A stretch of DNA of 64,000 nt from Eledone cirrhosa (taxonomy: Eukaryota): the NCBI GenBank assembly GCA_964016885.1, contig OZ024740.1, forward strand, positions 289,602,001-289,666,000, given 5' to 3'. The notes beneath the pieces were generated by a model. The model did no database searches, was not told the origin of the DNA, and saw only the letters and a program-made list of their open reading frames with translations. Shown here one piece after another: positions 13,717-28,206 of this stretch. Position numbers and translations under genes: made by a program. Numbering within the stretch: the stretch's first letter is position 1; each line of letters begins with the position of its first letter.

Positions 13717-14031
13717 CTTTTTTCGTATAGGTCTCCAGGCATAGCGAGGACACTGGAAACTTATTAAAAAAATAATTCAGTGGAATGGAAATAGCGATGC
13801 GTGGACTGGATTCCAAGCCATTGAGAAAATCACTGCCTCTACGTCCGTAGCAAATTCAAAAAGAATCAATCACGTGACATCGAGGTCAATCAGTGGAAAG
13901 CGAGTGGTTATTAAGACAGCGGCCAGCTTACTACCATAGTAGCAGTCATGGCCAAATATTGCTCGACAAATGAATTGGAGATAATTATAAGGAATTTATA
14001 TCTAGTAACATGGAGACCTATACGGAAAAAG

Positions 14032-14114
14032 ACTTTCCTGATGACGGAATGATTTTCTATAAATTTCTTCGGAAAATATATTTACTCCATTCCAGAAACT
14101 AATTAGTTGGAAGT
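14032..14114 (+). ncRNA. Type I hammerhead ribozyme
   Basis: ACTTTC-CTGATGA-C-GGAATG...CATTCC-A-GAAA-CTAATTAG-TT-GGAAGT; predicted GUU cleavage after 14108. Confidence 0.82.
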
Positions 14115-14159
14115 GATTTTTTAGTAAGTAAGTTAATTTTATAATTTTCTTATTTTACG

Positions 14160-14277
<118 letters not shown>

Positions 14278-14435
14278 AAAAAAAGATGAAATTGAAAATG
14301 CAACTGGAGTCTATATTTTTTTTAAAATAAGACTTCATCTTTTTTTCTTTATACTTTCACTCGTGTAGGACACCTCGGTTATTTTTCATTTTGAAAAAAA
14401 ACCTCACTTTCTAATGTATATATATATATATATAT

Positions 14436-14552
14436 ATAGGAAAAAGTATGACCCCGAGGGCAGAGTTCAAGCCGTTTCGACGGCTATTTCTGGACTGAGA
14501 AATAGCCGTCGAACGGCTTGAACTCTGCCGTCGGGGTCATACTTTTTCCTAT
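14436..14552. repeat. Near-perfect palindrome (about 55-bp arms, 6-nt loop)
   Basis: ataggaaaaagtatgacccc...ggctatttct-ggactg-agaaatagcc...ggggtcatactttttcctat. Confidence 0.92.
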
Positions 14553-14628
14553 TTCCCACTCTACTACCCTAAGTATTGAGTACTCTGGTGCGTTATGGTC
14601 CATCTGGTTCCTTACCACATTTCCTTTG

Positions 14629-14660
<32 letters not shown>

Positions 14661-14665
<5 letters not shown>

Positions 14666-15012
14666 TAAAGTTAGTCCTTCATCAGTGATCTTCCAACCAT
14701 CATTGGTATTTCATCGCTTTAAAGACCATATACCTCCGGTTGGTGCGAGCAACGGCTAAAAAAAGTCGTTGGGACACGTAAATAAAGGGGACACGAGAGT
14801 GTAAACGAACAAAAATGGTGAAGCAACGAAAAGTGAGGAAGAAGGAGTCAAGTCCCAAATTTCTATGAATTTAAATTCGGTGAAATCGTGAACGAGAGAG
14901 AATAAAGACCATCAAACCTGGTTGAAATGTGTGCAAGGAAGGAATTTCGCACAGGTCTAGCGGGAGGAAGAAGGGCTCAAGTCTGTGAATTCGGTAAACA
15001 TAAGTTCTGTGA
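14661..15012 (-). mobile_element. Fragment of the 625-bp family at 49068-49808
   Basis: Reverse complement aligns with 49420-49770; abuts (AT)n. Confidence 0.8.
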
Positions 15013-15128
15013 TATTAAAATAACAGATTAAAGTTTAAGCAAATAATCGCTGCTTTCACCCTTAACGGGATCTTCTGAAACTAACAAAAATCAATCTGTG
15101 AACTCAGAAGTAAATATTTCGAAAAACG

Positions 15129-15168
<40 letters not shown>

Positions 15169-15210
15169 ACACACTATATATATATATATATATATAAATA
15201 TATATATATA

Positions 15211-15317
<107 letters not shown>

Positions 15318-15854
15318 TATATATACATATATACACACACACACACACATATAGCGTCATAATGTCGTAATGAAGACAGCCAGACATACAGACAGATATT
15401 ATAAGGGCGCAACGTTATATCTATGTATCTATCTAAAAAGAGAAAGACTAAGAATTATAGAGAGAGAGATCGCTAAATCGCCTAATGCGGTCCCTAGGGC
15501 ATTGAAAATTTGAAATATTCTTTTGCTCAAAACACTCACAGGACCATAAGTATTACATATGTAAAGTTTGAAAACAACCAGTTGGGTGGTTCTCGAGTTT
15601 TATGGAGTCATACAGACAGACATGTTTTAGATATATAGATTATACACTGTTTTGTTTCGCATGAAAATACACAAATAGCGTAGAGAAAGAATTATTAATG
15701 TACATTTGAGTGTTTAAGTCTTCAAATTTCTCGAAGAATTCCGGCTGGTCCGAGTTTTTGAACTTGCAATAAATAATATTATATGTGAGAGATTACGGTT
15801 TTTATATAATTCCCATCCCCTTCATACTGTACACAAATACATATAGGCAGAATG

Positions 15855-15911
<57 letters not shown>

Positions 15912-16136
15912 CAAACACACACACACGCACACACACACACACACGCACTATCACACAGATTCATATGTATTCATACGTATGTGTATATGTACATACATAC
16001 ACTCATACATGCACACACACACGCACACGCACATAAAGACAGAGAGAGAGAGAGAGAGAAAGGGAGAGAAAGGGAGAGAAAGGGAGAGAAAGCGGATGAG
16101 AGCGAGAGAATATACATATATATACATATATATATA

Positions 16137-16327
16137 ACTGTTTCTACTTTTGGTACAAGGCCAGCATTTAACCCAGTACATTACTGGTACTTTATTTTAT
16201 CGACCCCGTAAGGATGAAAGGCAAAGTTGACCTCGGCAGGATTTGAACTCAGAATGGCAAGGGCCATAACTCTATGCGTCAAAAGCATGAGGTCCGACCC
16301 TCTACCGATACTGCCATACCACCGCCT
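16137..16327 (-). mobile_element. SINE family 1
   Basis: Reverse complement of 961-1148. Further minus-strand copies at about 17688-17842, 26287-26463, 30540-30725, 34684-34872, 44357-44572, 57833-58017 and 58411-58626. Confidence 0.88.
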
Positions 16328-16329
16328 CT

Positions 16330-17010
<681 letters not shown>

Positions 17011-17335
17011 AATAAGAAAGCAAGGGAGTATAAGGTGGTGGTGTAGAAGCTAGGCAGTCAGTGATTTACATCCCGCGGAGTCTACTACAAATAATTACAG
17101 ACAAAATTTGCTAACAATGCAACGCGTTGGTCTTCCTTATTACTGCTAAACTTAACACCACTTGCATTAGACTTACTATACTCAAGTTAGTATATGTGCA
17201 TATATGCTTATCTGAGTGTGTATATACGAGATCTACGCTCATTTAGACATACGCGCGCTCACATATATACTCACGCGCATATATATGTATACTATATATA
17301 TATATATATATAAATGTAGAACTATAATACTTTTG

Positions 17336-17370
<35 letters not shown>

Positions 17371-17446
17371 CCATTTTGACGTTATAGTCACTTATATATT
17401 ATGAAATACTGTTGGCTTCACGCTCACAATAATTTATATACTTTTC

Positions 17447-17519
<73 letters not shown>

Positions 17520-17546
17520 GTGTGTTTGTGTGTGTGTGTGTGTGTG

Positions 17547-17595
<49 letters not shown>

Positions 17596-17598
<3 letters not shown>

Positions 17599-18069
17599 TA
17601 ACAAATGGAAACTATATTTATAAAACCATATTTATTTCAAGGACACCAAGTTAAATTATGGTGTGCTTTCATCAGATAAAATATAATTGTTTCTACTTTA
17701 GGCACAAAATTACTGGTAATTTATTTTATCGACCCCGTAAGGATGAAAGGCAAAGTTAACTTTGGCGGGATTTGAACTCAGACCGTAAAGGGACGTAACT
17801 ATGCTAGAAAGCATGGCATCCAACACTCTACCGATACTGCCAAAAAATATAATATAGAGCAGTTTTATAAATAAATATTGACATACCCTTAAAGAATGCG
17901 ACCATTTCTGTTGGAAGCTTGAAATATGTATAATGAAATAAATATGGTTTTATAAATATAGTTTCCATTTGTTAATATATCGTATTTTTACTACAATAAT
18001 TTGTTGAGTGCTTTATATTAGTTATAAAAATATTTGCTTGTTGTATCCCAACAATTTAAATAGAACTTC

Positions 18070-18072
<3 letters not shown>
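17596..18072. mobile_element. Hammerhead-family insert with fold-back, interrupted by a SINE
   Basis: Same family as 23447-23622. The minus arm lacks stem III (deletion between two GAAATA). The plus arm from about 17918 carries GAAA-TATGTA-TA. SINE TSD aaaatataat at 17678-17687 and 17844-17853. Confidence 0.75.
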
Positions 18073-18128
<56 letters not shown>

Positions 18129-18223
18129 TGAGATAAAGAGAGAGAGAGAGAGTGATGAGATGACACTCATATATATCAATATATATGTACGCCTGTATGT
18201 ATGTATGTATGTATGTTTGCAGG

Positions 18224-18310
<87 letters not shown>

Positions 18311-18368
18311 GCAAACATACATAAATACATACTTACATACATACATATATACATACATACATACATAC

Positions 18369-18399
<31 letters not shown>

Positions 18400-18425
18400 C
18401 ATACATACATACATACATACATACA

Positions 18426-18456
<31 letters not shown>

Positions 18457-18719
18457 GTACGCACGTATACTAGATACATAGATAGGGGAAGATTAGTAAT
18501 TAGAGAGACTGAAGTACAGGTAGGTAGAAAAATAGTTATAGAGATAGATGTATAGACAGACAAGTGGAAGAATGTCGACAATGCTGTTTGTCGCACTCTT
18601 TGACGCAGCACAGAAAAAAACAAAAACAAAAAAGACAAAAAAACATTGAAACAGTGAGATTCTAAAACAATTCCGCTTCGCAACTCGTCACCGAATACAC
18701 ACTGCTGCATTTATATATG

Positions 18720-19225
18720 TATATATATATACATACTACTGTACGTCTGTATACATATATGTATGTACGTATACATACATACATACTTATATTTAAGTAA
18801 CAGCCGTACTAAGAGTGAGAAATAAAATTTCGTTTCATTTTTTCCGTTTATCGTTTTCGGTGCGCCCGGCTGATTAACTCTCTCGATATGCAAATTAGGC
18901 TGCTCAGCCGTTAATATGCATAAGGAAAGTATATACTTTCAGACGTTCAATCATCTGGCGGGAAGATATACGTTGCTAACGATAGCTAATAAGCTTGAAA
19001 CTAGTACAGCGTTCCTTTGTCAGTGTTGAGCAAATGAGCAACGATGGTTGCTAAACACTGTACGGCTTAATTCGGGATGTTTGTTTACAAACATACCGAG
19101 CATTATAATAAATGTTCGGTGAATCCATCCATACGTACATATATATATATGTGTGTGCATGTATGTATATATATAAACATACTACTGTACGTCTGTATAC
19201 ATATATGTGTGTACGTATACATACT

Positions 19226-19230
<5 letters not shown>
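18720..19230 (+). mobile_element. Non-LTR retrozyme-like repeat, about 1.1 units
   Basis: Same unit as 44578-45250 in a different permutation. Hammerhead at 18970-19012 has core CTAACGA (G5A). Confidence 0.8.
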
Positions 19231-19256
<26 letters not shown>

Positions 19257-19516
19257 CCTATATATCTCTATGGGTACTTAGTAGTCAGAGAGATATTTAC
19301 CTCATTTTTATATATTCTCCAATCTATATAGAGAAAAAATTCGTTGTTGCTTACTGGTATTTTTTTAGCAGCAAAGCCATCAACACGTCTGTAATATTCC
19401 CGCTTTCACGAGCGGCCGGTTCACGTGTGGGTGACTTTAACGGCCATAACTCATACGAGCTGGTAGTTGGCATTATATTTGCAAACCGTGGGACTTAGTC
19501 CTATAGGATGGAAATA

Positions 19517-19595
19517 GCTATCTGATGAAATTTACTTTCCGTTAGAAATTCTCTGAATTTCTAATCTTTTGTAAATGGAAACCGCCGGTAATAGC
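19517..19595 (+). ncRNA. Type I hammerhead ribozyme
   Basis: GCTAT-CTGATGA-A-ATTTAC..TTAGAAATTC/GAATTTCTAA..GTAAAT-G-GAAA-CCGCCGG-TA-ATAGC. Confidence 0.8.
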
Positions 19596-19673
19596 ATTAT
19601 GAACAGGTAGATATTTAAATCGTTTTTTAATTTATTTAAAGGATTGTTTAATGTTTGTTTGTTCTGCTCATCA

Positions 19674-19741
<68 letters not shown>

Positions 19742-19811
19742 ATGAGAAGAGAGAAGAATACTGCGTGGTTGCACATGGGTTACATATGATAAAAATAGTC
19801 ATTCGTCAGTT

Positions 19812-21429
19812 TAGCCTGGCGTTGCTCGGGTTTGTTCATTTGCTATGAAAAGTTACATACAGGTAAACGTAGCTTGAAAGCGCATAAGCTTATCAATTAA
19901 GTGCATAAAGCAGTTGAACCGGTTATTAATAGTTACGAACAAATTAGCATTTTGGACAATCAATGATGGGTTAATAATCTTCCAATAGCGAATTTAGTAG
20001 ACCAAAATTGGAAGCTGGTGGCCCTGATGCCGCTGGGTGTCAGATCTGTCCGCTATGGGTGACCCTACCAGTTTTCCAGACGGCATAGCTGCAACACCTC
20101 CAACACCTGTACCAACATCTATAGCACCTCTTTGTAGACGATATTGCATGTCATCCCTTGAGGAGTGTAAGCAAAAAGTCCATTCCTGCTCCCTACGCGG
20201 GAACAGGCAACATAAAGTTGGCCATGGGAGATTAGCCAGTTTCAATCTGAACACTCTGGCAATGAGGTCATGTCTGTTCGAATAATTTTGCCCAGGAAAA
20301 AGTTCACGGGTTACATTCCGATTCATATGTCTATAGCATTAATCTGTTATATGAAGTGTTATTTTGCGGGTTGTTATTTGCAATAAGCCGATTGAAAATG
20401 CCCCAGATAAGCCGTATGCCAATACGGAACGCTCCACTGCTGTGTTGTCATATAGTGAGTGAAGATGACAGAGAGAGTAAAGCAGTTAAATTATAGAGAG
20501 GGGGAATATACGGAATGTTCCATTTGATCATATACATTGTTTCTCTCTCTGCAGTGTTGTCATATAGGGAGAGAAGAGCGACAGAGAGAGTAAAGCAGTT
20601 AAATTATAGAGAGGGGGAATGATCATGATCGATTTTTGCCCTTGTTGTTGATTGATTTGAAATTTTTTTGCTTTATGACCTTCTCCTGACCAAAAGCAAT
20701 AATTACCCCGACTTTGAATAAAATCGCGTGAAAAAAGTTTTCTCAATTTTTTGTCTCATATTGAGAAAAACGAAGAAAGAAAATTGCAAAAAGGACAACA
20801 ATAAAATATAATGTCTTTGTTGAGAATCATGTAAATAAATGCTTAAGCGTCGTTATTGTTACGTTTGTTGTTTATAAATTCATCTGTTGCTTTTGAATAT
20901 TTGTTATTTGATGTAAAATGTAAGTGTGTAAAATGTAACGTTGAGAGAGCAGTATGTATTTAGTGTTATCGGCTTTTTAAATTTTGATATTTGATGTATG
21001 AGTGCCGTTATGACTGTTTGTTGCTTAGGTTTCAAAGTTTGTGACGCGTGCCTTCAAAAGAAGTTGTGTCGTTGTTCTAAACTGTAAAGGGTAGTAGACG
21101 GAGGCAGTAACCTTTTAAAGAGATTTGCAGAGGATATTGAGAGTGGAGTAGAGGAAAATATGAACCTTTTAAAGAGAGTTGCAACATGTATGTAGTTTCA
21201 TATATTTTGATGGTAGTAGTGAGAGGAATGAAGCGTGTCAGAGAGAGGGTTACAGCATGTATTTAGTTTTATCGATTTTTTTCATAGAAACAGGAAATAT
21301 TTGGCAAAAATAATTACGCGTTGACCTGCCCTGGTAAATTTGGAGCACATTGGAAAAAAATTCCTCAAAATTGGTAGAGAAATGTGGGAATGCATAAAAA
21401 TCATACACACACACAGACAGACATCTACC

Positions 21430-21440
<11 letters not shown>
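19812..21440 (-). mobile_element. Internally deleted Helitron with Rep and Pif1 helicase remnants
   Basis: RELFPGQNYSNRHDLIARVFRLKL (Rep) joined to SHGQLYVACSRVGS...TCNIVYKEVL* (helicase motif VI and C-terminus) at about 20123-20326; 3' hairpin cccgagcaacgccagg. Confidence 0.8.
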
Positions 21441-21462
<22 letters not shown>

Positions 21463-21471
<9 letters not shown>

Positions 21472-21531
21472 TAAAAAAATAATGAATAAAACAATGAAAC
21501 AGTTCCTTATATTAAACAAAAAAAGTTCATT
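21463..21531 (-). mobile_element. Solo 69-bp fragment of the PLE family A pLTR
   Basis: Matches about 36080-36148; 3' end in (AT)n. Confidence 0.85.
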
Positions 21532-22654
21532 GAGAGAGAGAGAGAGAGGGAGAGACATAGATAGGTACATACACATACACAGATATATAAACACACTTAC
21601 GCACACAACGCACATAAATATATAATGGGAGGGCTTGTATCTTCAAGATGTAACCAACCCTAGTACTATATATACATATATATATATATCCGTATATGGC
21701 TGACGGCTGAGAGAAAAGAGTACTCAATACGGAAGTAGAGTTTTAATAATTATTATGGAGGAATATATATATATATATATATATCTTCATCATCATCACC
21801 ATCGTTCAACGTCCATTTTCCATGCTTGCATTGTTTGGACGATTTGTCTTGCTCATACAGATCTGTTTTTTGGCCTAGTTCCCTTACCTATCACCAACCA
21901 TGTTATATATATCGCCATAAGTTACGATTATTAATTACATATACAACCTTCAGCATCACTATGAAAGTAGAAATCATTTTAAGCCTAGAAGTTTCACAAC
22001 AACTTTGGAAGAAAATGTAATTGACCACCATTAGATTATTTTCGATATTCGCTTACTCAGGCTTTATTTATCACTAGACCACCCGTGACCCTTTGGGTCA
22101 CGTTCACTTCAAAATATTTTTTCAAAATCATCTAAACTTAAAAATAATTTTTAAATAATTAAAATATAGACAGACATGTATATAATGTGAAATAAAATTG
22201 GAAGGCCCATATATATATACGTGTGTGTATGTATATATATATAAATGTGTGTGTTTGTAAACATATATATATATATGTATGTATACAAACACACATATAT
22301 ATATATATGTGGGTGTCTGTGATCTATATACACTGGTCATAGACACACACACTCATATATATATATATACACAACAACTCCACGAGCTCTCTCTTCCATT
22401 CTCCTTCTCTGTCTCCTCTCCCGCTCTCTATATCTCTCACAACCCCTATCACTTTCTCTTTCTCTCTACCCTTCTTTCTCTCTACCCTTCTTTCTCTCTG
22501 TTTATGAAGGTACCCGGAAAAACAACATAATTCGGAACCCCGTGATTAGATTTATGCGAAATTTGTTTTATTCCATTTGTATTCCCATTTCAGGGTCAAC
22601 TTCCTTTCAAAGTATTTTCTCATTATGCGCCCTTTTGGCTGTATTATATTGTAG

Positions 22655-22686
22655 ACAAGCAAGCAGGCAAGCAAGCAAGCAAGCAG

Positions 22687-22778
<92 letters not shown>
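22655..22778. repeat. (AAGC)n microsatellite
   Basis: Direct reading. Confidence 0.97.
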
Positions 22779-23144
22779 TCACAGAGTTTTAGTAGCATAT
22801 AGATCAACATGTTTATAATATATATATTTATATATATATTGTATATGCGTTAGCTTGCTTGAGTGCATATGTGTCTATGAGCGGGTGTGTATGTGTGCAA
22901 GTGTATATGTATTTGTTTTTGTAAATGTCAGTGATAATGTTTGTGAACGTGTTTATATATGTGGGTGGGTGTAAGTGTATTGATGTAGTTTAGATTGGCA
23001 ACCTCACAAATACCTGTAATTAATCCAATATGATCCACATACCCACGGGTTGAACAACCTAACTTGTTAATTGCATGTAAGCATCTAAACATATGTACTC
23101 CTAATACATCCGCATTCCCAAACACACATGTACGCACGTACGCG

Positions 23145-23248
<104 letters not shown>

Positions 23249-23380
23249 CCAGATATCCACTATATCATAAATACCATGTACATATATAGAATATGATTAT
23301 AATTGTTCTGCAAATAATTGTGGCCGCATTGAAACGTGCGTAGAAATCAAAGAATAAATAATAGTTTCATATCTTTGACT

Positions 23381-23447
<67 letters not shown>

Positions 23448-23487
23448 GATATATTAACAAATGGAAACTATATTTATAAACCATATT

Positions 23488-23552
23488 TATTTCATTATAC
23501 ATATTTCAAGAACACCAAGTTAAATTATGGTGTGCTTTCATCAGATAAAATA
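23488..23552 (-). ncRNA. Minimal type I hammerhead ribozyme
   Basis: TATTTTAT-CTGATGA-AAGCACACCA..TGGTGTTCTT-GAAA-TATGTA-TA-ATGAAATA. Confidence 0.82.
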
Positions 23553-24869
23553 TAATATAAAGCAGTTTTATAAATAAATATTGACATACCCTTAAAAAAT
23601 GCGACCATTTCTGTTGGAAGCTCCCGGATAGTGGGGTTATACATTTATTAATACTATTATATAAATTAGTTTCGGATATTTTTAAATCAGAGTAGATTTA
23701 AATAAGCCGTTGGGTTATGGAGAAAGAGAGAGAGAGAAAAAAAAGAGAGAGAAAAAAAGAGAAAAAAGAGAAAAAGAGCAAACTCTAAGCGGAAAATATA
23801 TACATATACATATATGTATGTATCTATGCATGTGTGTGAGCGTGTGTGTGTGTGCGTGTGCGCTTGTGTGTGAGCCTGTGCTTGCAGATCTGGAGTAAAA
23901 TCGGTGAGGTAACTACAGTTAAAAAAGGTACTCAATACATCGCGTGTAAGCACCATTATTTAAGATAGAAATGACCTCTACAGGACTAGAAATGTTTCAT
24001 TCATGTGTGTGTGTGCGTGTGTAAGCATACATATTCATACCTCCTAACTTACTGCACATTCAGATATATAGAACGTTTCGCCACCGCTTAGATATATCTA
24101 CATATGCAGAACTATATAGATTAATATATGTAGAATTAAACAGTATATGAAATGCATATGTGAAAAATTATACGAACTAATATACACATGCCCGTACTTA
24201 GACAGACCCTTCATCATTGACTCTCTGACACGGTATTTCCATCACAGGTTTATGTACACTGAAAATGGTTCGTAGAAACTGTTTACATCTCTCTATTGCA
24301 ATGACTTTGTATTTTGAAACAGAAAAAATACCTGCTTTTAAAATATATTAAAAATCGCTGCTTAACCTAGAGTTCATGGAAAGCTTTGGAGGGGAAAATA
24401 ACAGAGCTGTTGGAAAGTTTGAAGAGGAAAATAGCATAGCTGAATCCAAAGATCCAGTCTTCAATAATGCTAAGACCAGTAGTTTCTGGGGGCGAGGAAA
24501 GTCGATTAATTCAACCCCAGTACTTAACCAGTAGGATCAAAATCAAAACTGGCCTCAGCATGATTTGAACGCAATAATAATTTTTCCTAAATTTAGCACA
24601 TGGCCAGCAATTTTGGGGAAGGGGAAGGTCGGTTAAATCGGCACCAGTATTTAACTGGTACTTTATTTTACTGAAGGATGGAAGATGGAAAAGTTGGCCT
24701 CCGCAGGACTTGAACTCAATAATAATAGAAACAGCAATAACAAAACATAACACTGCTCACATCCAAGGCACAGAATCTGTGCGCTGTAATGCACCAATAG
24801 CACGCATTTAAAATATGATTAATGATGATTAGAATTAATTATATTGTTTTTTACTGCCCAGTTTTAACC

Positions 24870-25835
24870 AAAAGTGAATGCATCTACAGAAATGACAGAA
24901 CTGGAATTATGCAATACCAGCTAAAAAGAGATTATATAGGCATACTACAGAAAAGTCCTAGAGAATGACACAAAAGATATACTCTAGAACATGCCAATAC
25001 ACACAAACAGAGAGATCAAGGCTAACCAACCAGATATTGTTGTCACAGACGAACAGGAAAAGAAATGCGTTCTAATCTATAAATCTAAAACAGAGAATGT
25101 ATGTCTGTCTGTCATCTCTCTAAAACTGGAGAACCACCCAACCGACTTTTTTCAAACTTTACACATGTAATACCTGTGGTCCTATGAGTGTTTTGAGCAA
25201 AAGATATTTCAAATTTTCAATGCCCTAGGAACCGCATTAGGCGATTTAGCGATTTCTCTCTATAATTCTTAGTCTTTCTTTTTAGATAGATACATAGATA
25301 TAACGTTGCGCCCTTAACATATCTGTCTGTATGTCTGGCTGTCTGCATTACGACATTATGACGTCGCTATGTGTGTGTGTGTATATATGTATATATAGTG
25401 TGTGTATATATATAGTGTGTGTAACGTTTTTTGAAATATTTACTCAGATTTTTTGTTTAAGATGTGGTCTGTTAGTTTCAGAAGATCCCGTTAAGGGTGA
25501 AAGCAGCGATTATTTGCTTAAACTTTAATCTGTTATTTTAATATATATATATATAATTATATATTCGTGTACAGATATTTTTGCATAGACAATAATAAAA
25601 TATAAACAAACGTATTTATTTCACGAGGCTCGATAAGGATAGATATATATCAAATATATAAGAACCCGAGAGCAAATCCCGAGCAACGCCGGGCCATTCT
25701 GCTGGTTCTAATTAAAATATCAGTCCAAACACGTGATAATGCATGTCTAAAAAAATGACGATATTACCCAAACATAAAGCTCTCGAAATCAAGACAGCCT
25801 GAATGCGGGAGCTAAAAACAGAGACAGTATGAATA
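24870..25835 (+). pseudogene. Degenerate RLE domain of an R4-like element, split by a Helitron
   Basis: NMPIHTNREIKANQPDIVVTDEQEKKCVLI before the Helitron; IKISV..KHKALEIK after it. Confidence 0.65.
25076..25705 (+). mobile_element. Non-autonomous Helitron, about 630 bp
   Basis: A|TC 5' end, (TGTC)n, subterminal hairpin cccgagcaacgccggg, CTGG|T 3' end (CTRR). Confidence 0.85.
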
Positions 25836-26235
25836 ATCTCTTATGTTTTTCTGTGTACGGAGGAATAGTTGAAAGTTTTTACATTTCAAACTTCATTACT
25901 TTCTAAATTAAGAATTCTAAGTAAAAAAAAAAGAAGAAAAATGAAAAAATGAAAAGCAAACAAACAAACAAGAAAAAAAACTGCAGTTCTATCTGCCTCA
26001 AGTTTACTTTAAATATCTTTATAACTTTCTAGCGTAAATGTTTATCATTTATTTAATTCCACCGGTAAACACAAGCATGTCAAGTTATATTCAATATGGC
26101 GTCTATAGCGCTGCTTTTTCTGTGCAGAGAGAAGTATTTGAAAATGTTTACACTTCACACTTCATTTTTTTCACAGTTATGGTTTCTAATTAAAAATCTT
26201 ATTAAAACCTTTATATATACATTCACACACACACA

Positions 26236-26290
<55 letters not shown>

Positions 26291-26667
26291 GTTTCTACTT
26301 TAGGCACAAGGCCAGCAATTACCCAGTGCATTACTGGCACTTTATTTTATCGACCCCGTAAGGATGAAAGGCAAAGTCAACCTCGGCGGGATTTGAACTC
26401 AGATCGTAAAGGGACGTAACTATGCTGGAAAGCATAGCGTCCGACCCTCTACCGATACTGCCAAGTAATAAACACAGTAAATTATGTCTAAAATTACGAG
26501 GGTAGAGAGACCACGTTGGTTTGACAGATTTAACCTGAAGCAAACGGTAAATATACGACAAAATTTACTGTGTTTATTACTACATATATTATATAATGCT
26601 CAGTATTTATACTTTGAGCTTGTTAATTACAGGGTATTAATATGAGCATCTAACTCTGCCTGTTATT

Positions 26668-26710
<43 letters not shown>

Positions 26711-26715
<5 letters not shown>

Positions 26716-27173
26716 TGTTAAGCCTTGGATTAACAGTGTATGCAATGGAAGGTCTTATGTCTTTCAACAAGATTCTGCATCATCACACAAGTCTCAAATG
26801 ACACAAGAATGGATGGCTGACAATTTGCATGATCACATCACCCCCAACATTTGGCCTCCTAATTCTCCAGATCTAAATCCACTCGACTCTTATGTATGGA
26901 GCATTGTTGAGAAAAATGTCAATGAACACTCCCATAGCACCAAAGATTCTCTGAAAGCCGCCATAATTCGAGTCATGTCCGATATGTACAAGGACCACTT
27001 AATCCGAGCTTGTAAACGATTTCAACCTCACGTAGAGGTAGGTATTGATGCTTATGGTGATTTTATTGAATGAAATTATTAAATTGATAATTTATCTTTA
27101 TGTTTATGTTATTTTTATAAGAATACAGTTTTTTTCTGTTATATATTATATATATATATATTTTTTAAAACCA

Positions 27174-27180
<7 letters not shown>
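26711..27180 (+). mobile_element. Tc1/mariner transposase 3' fragment, DD37D (maT type)
   Basis: FQQDSASSH...WPPNSPDLNPLD with 37 residues counted between the last two Asp; ORF 26798-27073. Confidence 0.88.
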
Positions 27181-27260
<80 letters not shown>

Positions 27261-27378
27261 GTTATAGAAATGTAACAGTCAAAAGGCACAGGGGTATATT
27301 TAAAGATTTTTATTTTCTTTAATTCAACAGAGTGAATAATTTTATAATGGTTACATTAGGTGGATTTCAATGTTGTCA

Positions 27379-27421
27379 AATATTACCGGTTTCAAATGGT
27401 ATATAGATCTTATCAGATATT
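27379..27421 (-). ncRNA. Degenerate minimal hammerhead (G8A, probably inactive)
   Basis: AATAT-CTGATAA-...-GAAA-CCGG-TA-ATATT, about 120 nt upstream of (AT)n. Confidence 0.45.
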
Positions 27422-27479
27422 AAAATGTTTGTTCTCCTATTCAAATATATGTATGTATATATTTGATATTATCATTCCC

Positions 27480-28105
27480 TACTCGTGCAACTGATCATCT
27501 GATAGTCAAAGTTTCTTAATGTACACACAAAGTTTAATCGAATCCCCCAAAAAATAATTCGGCAGGAGTTACAACCTACACATATCAACGTACATAAATA
27601 CTTAAAATAAACAAAACCTTTTATAAATATTTTTAGAAAATCTTTTATCAATAATGAGTTTCTATAAAAAGTTTCCACAATAATTCTTTCTTCATCGACT
27701 CTATAAATTACCTCACGAACGCAGGATAAATTCTTGGCATAACATTCAGCTGCATAGATCCAATTATCTCATCGAGACGTTATTGGCTTAAGAGGAAATC
27801 TGTTATCTTTGAAAAGGGGCCTCTCTAGTGCGATCTTTGACTGTTGAAGCTTTCACCAACGCAATGAGACCGTCCACGTCTTCATAGAAAGCTTTGAATC
27901 ACAGGGCGCAGTTATGAAGCAGATGCACAGCACGTGTCACATGAAAACAATTGCGATAAAACATCTTTATCACAATCACCTACTTTGACTCTACACCTGG
28001 CAGCATCTGATAGTAGTAATAAGAAGCTTTCTTCTGCTTCTGGTTTTATTGCTCTTAGATTCTGCCCAATGCCAGTCCTTCGAGAAACTGAGCAGGTGAC
28101 AGTAT
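27480..28105 (-). pseudogene. Degenerate hAT-like (CGGBP1/DUF659-type) transposase
   Basis: Across frameshifts: FLLLLSDAAR..LFHVT..HLLHNCA..VDGLIALVKA..PITSR*DNWIYAAECYAKN. Confidence 0.7.
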
Positions 28106-28106
28106 T

Positions 28107-28206
<100 letters not shown>

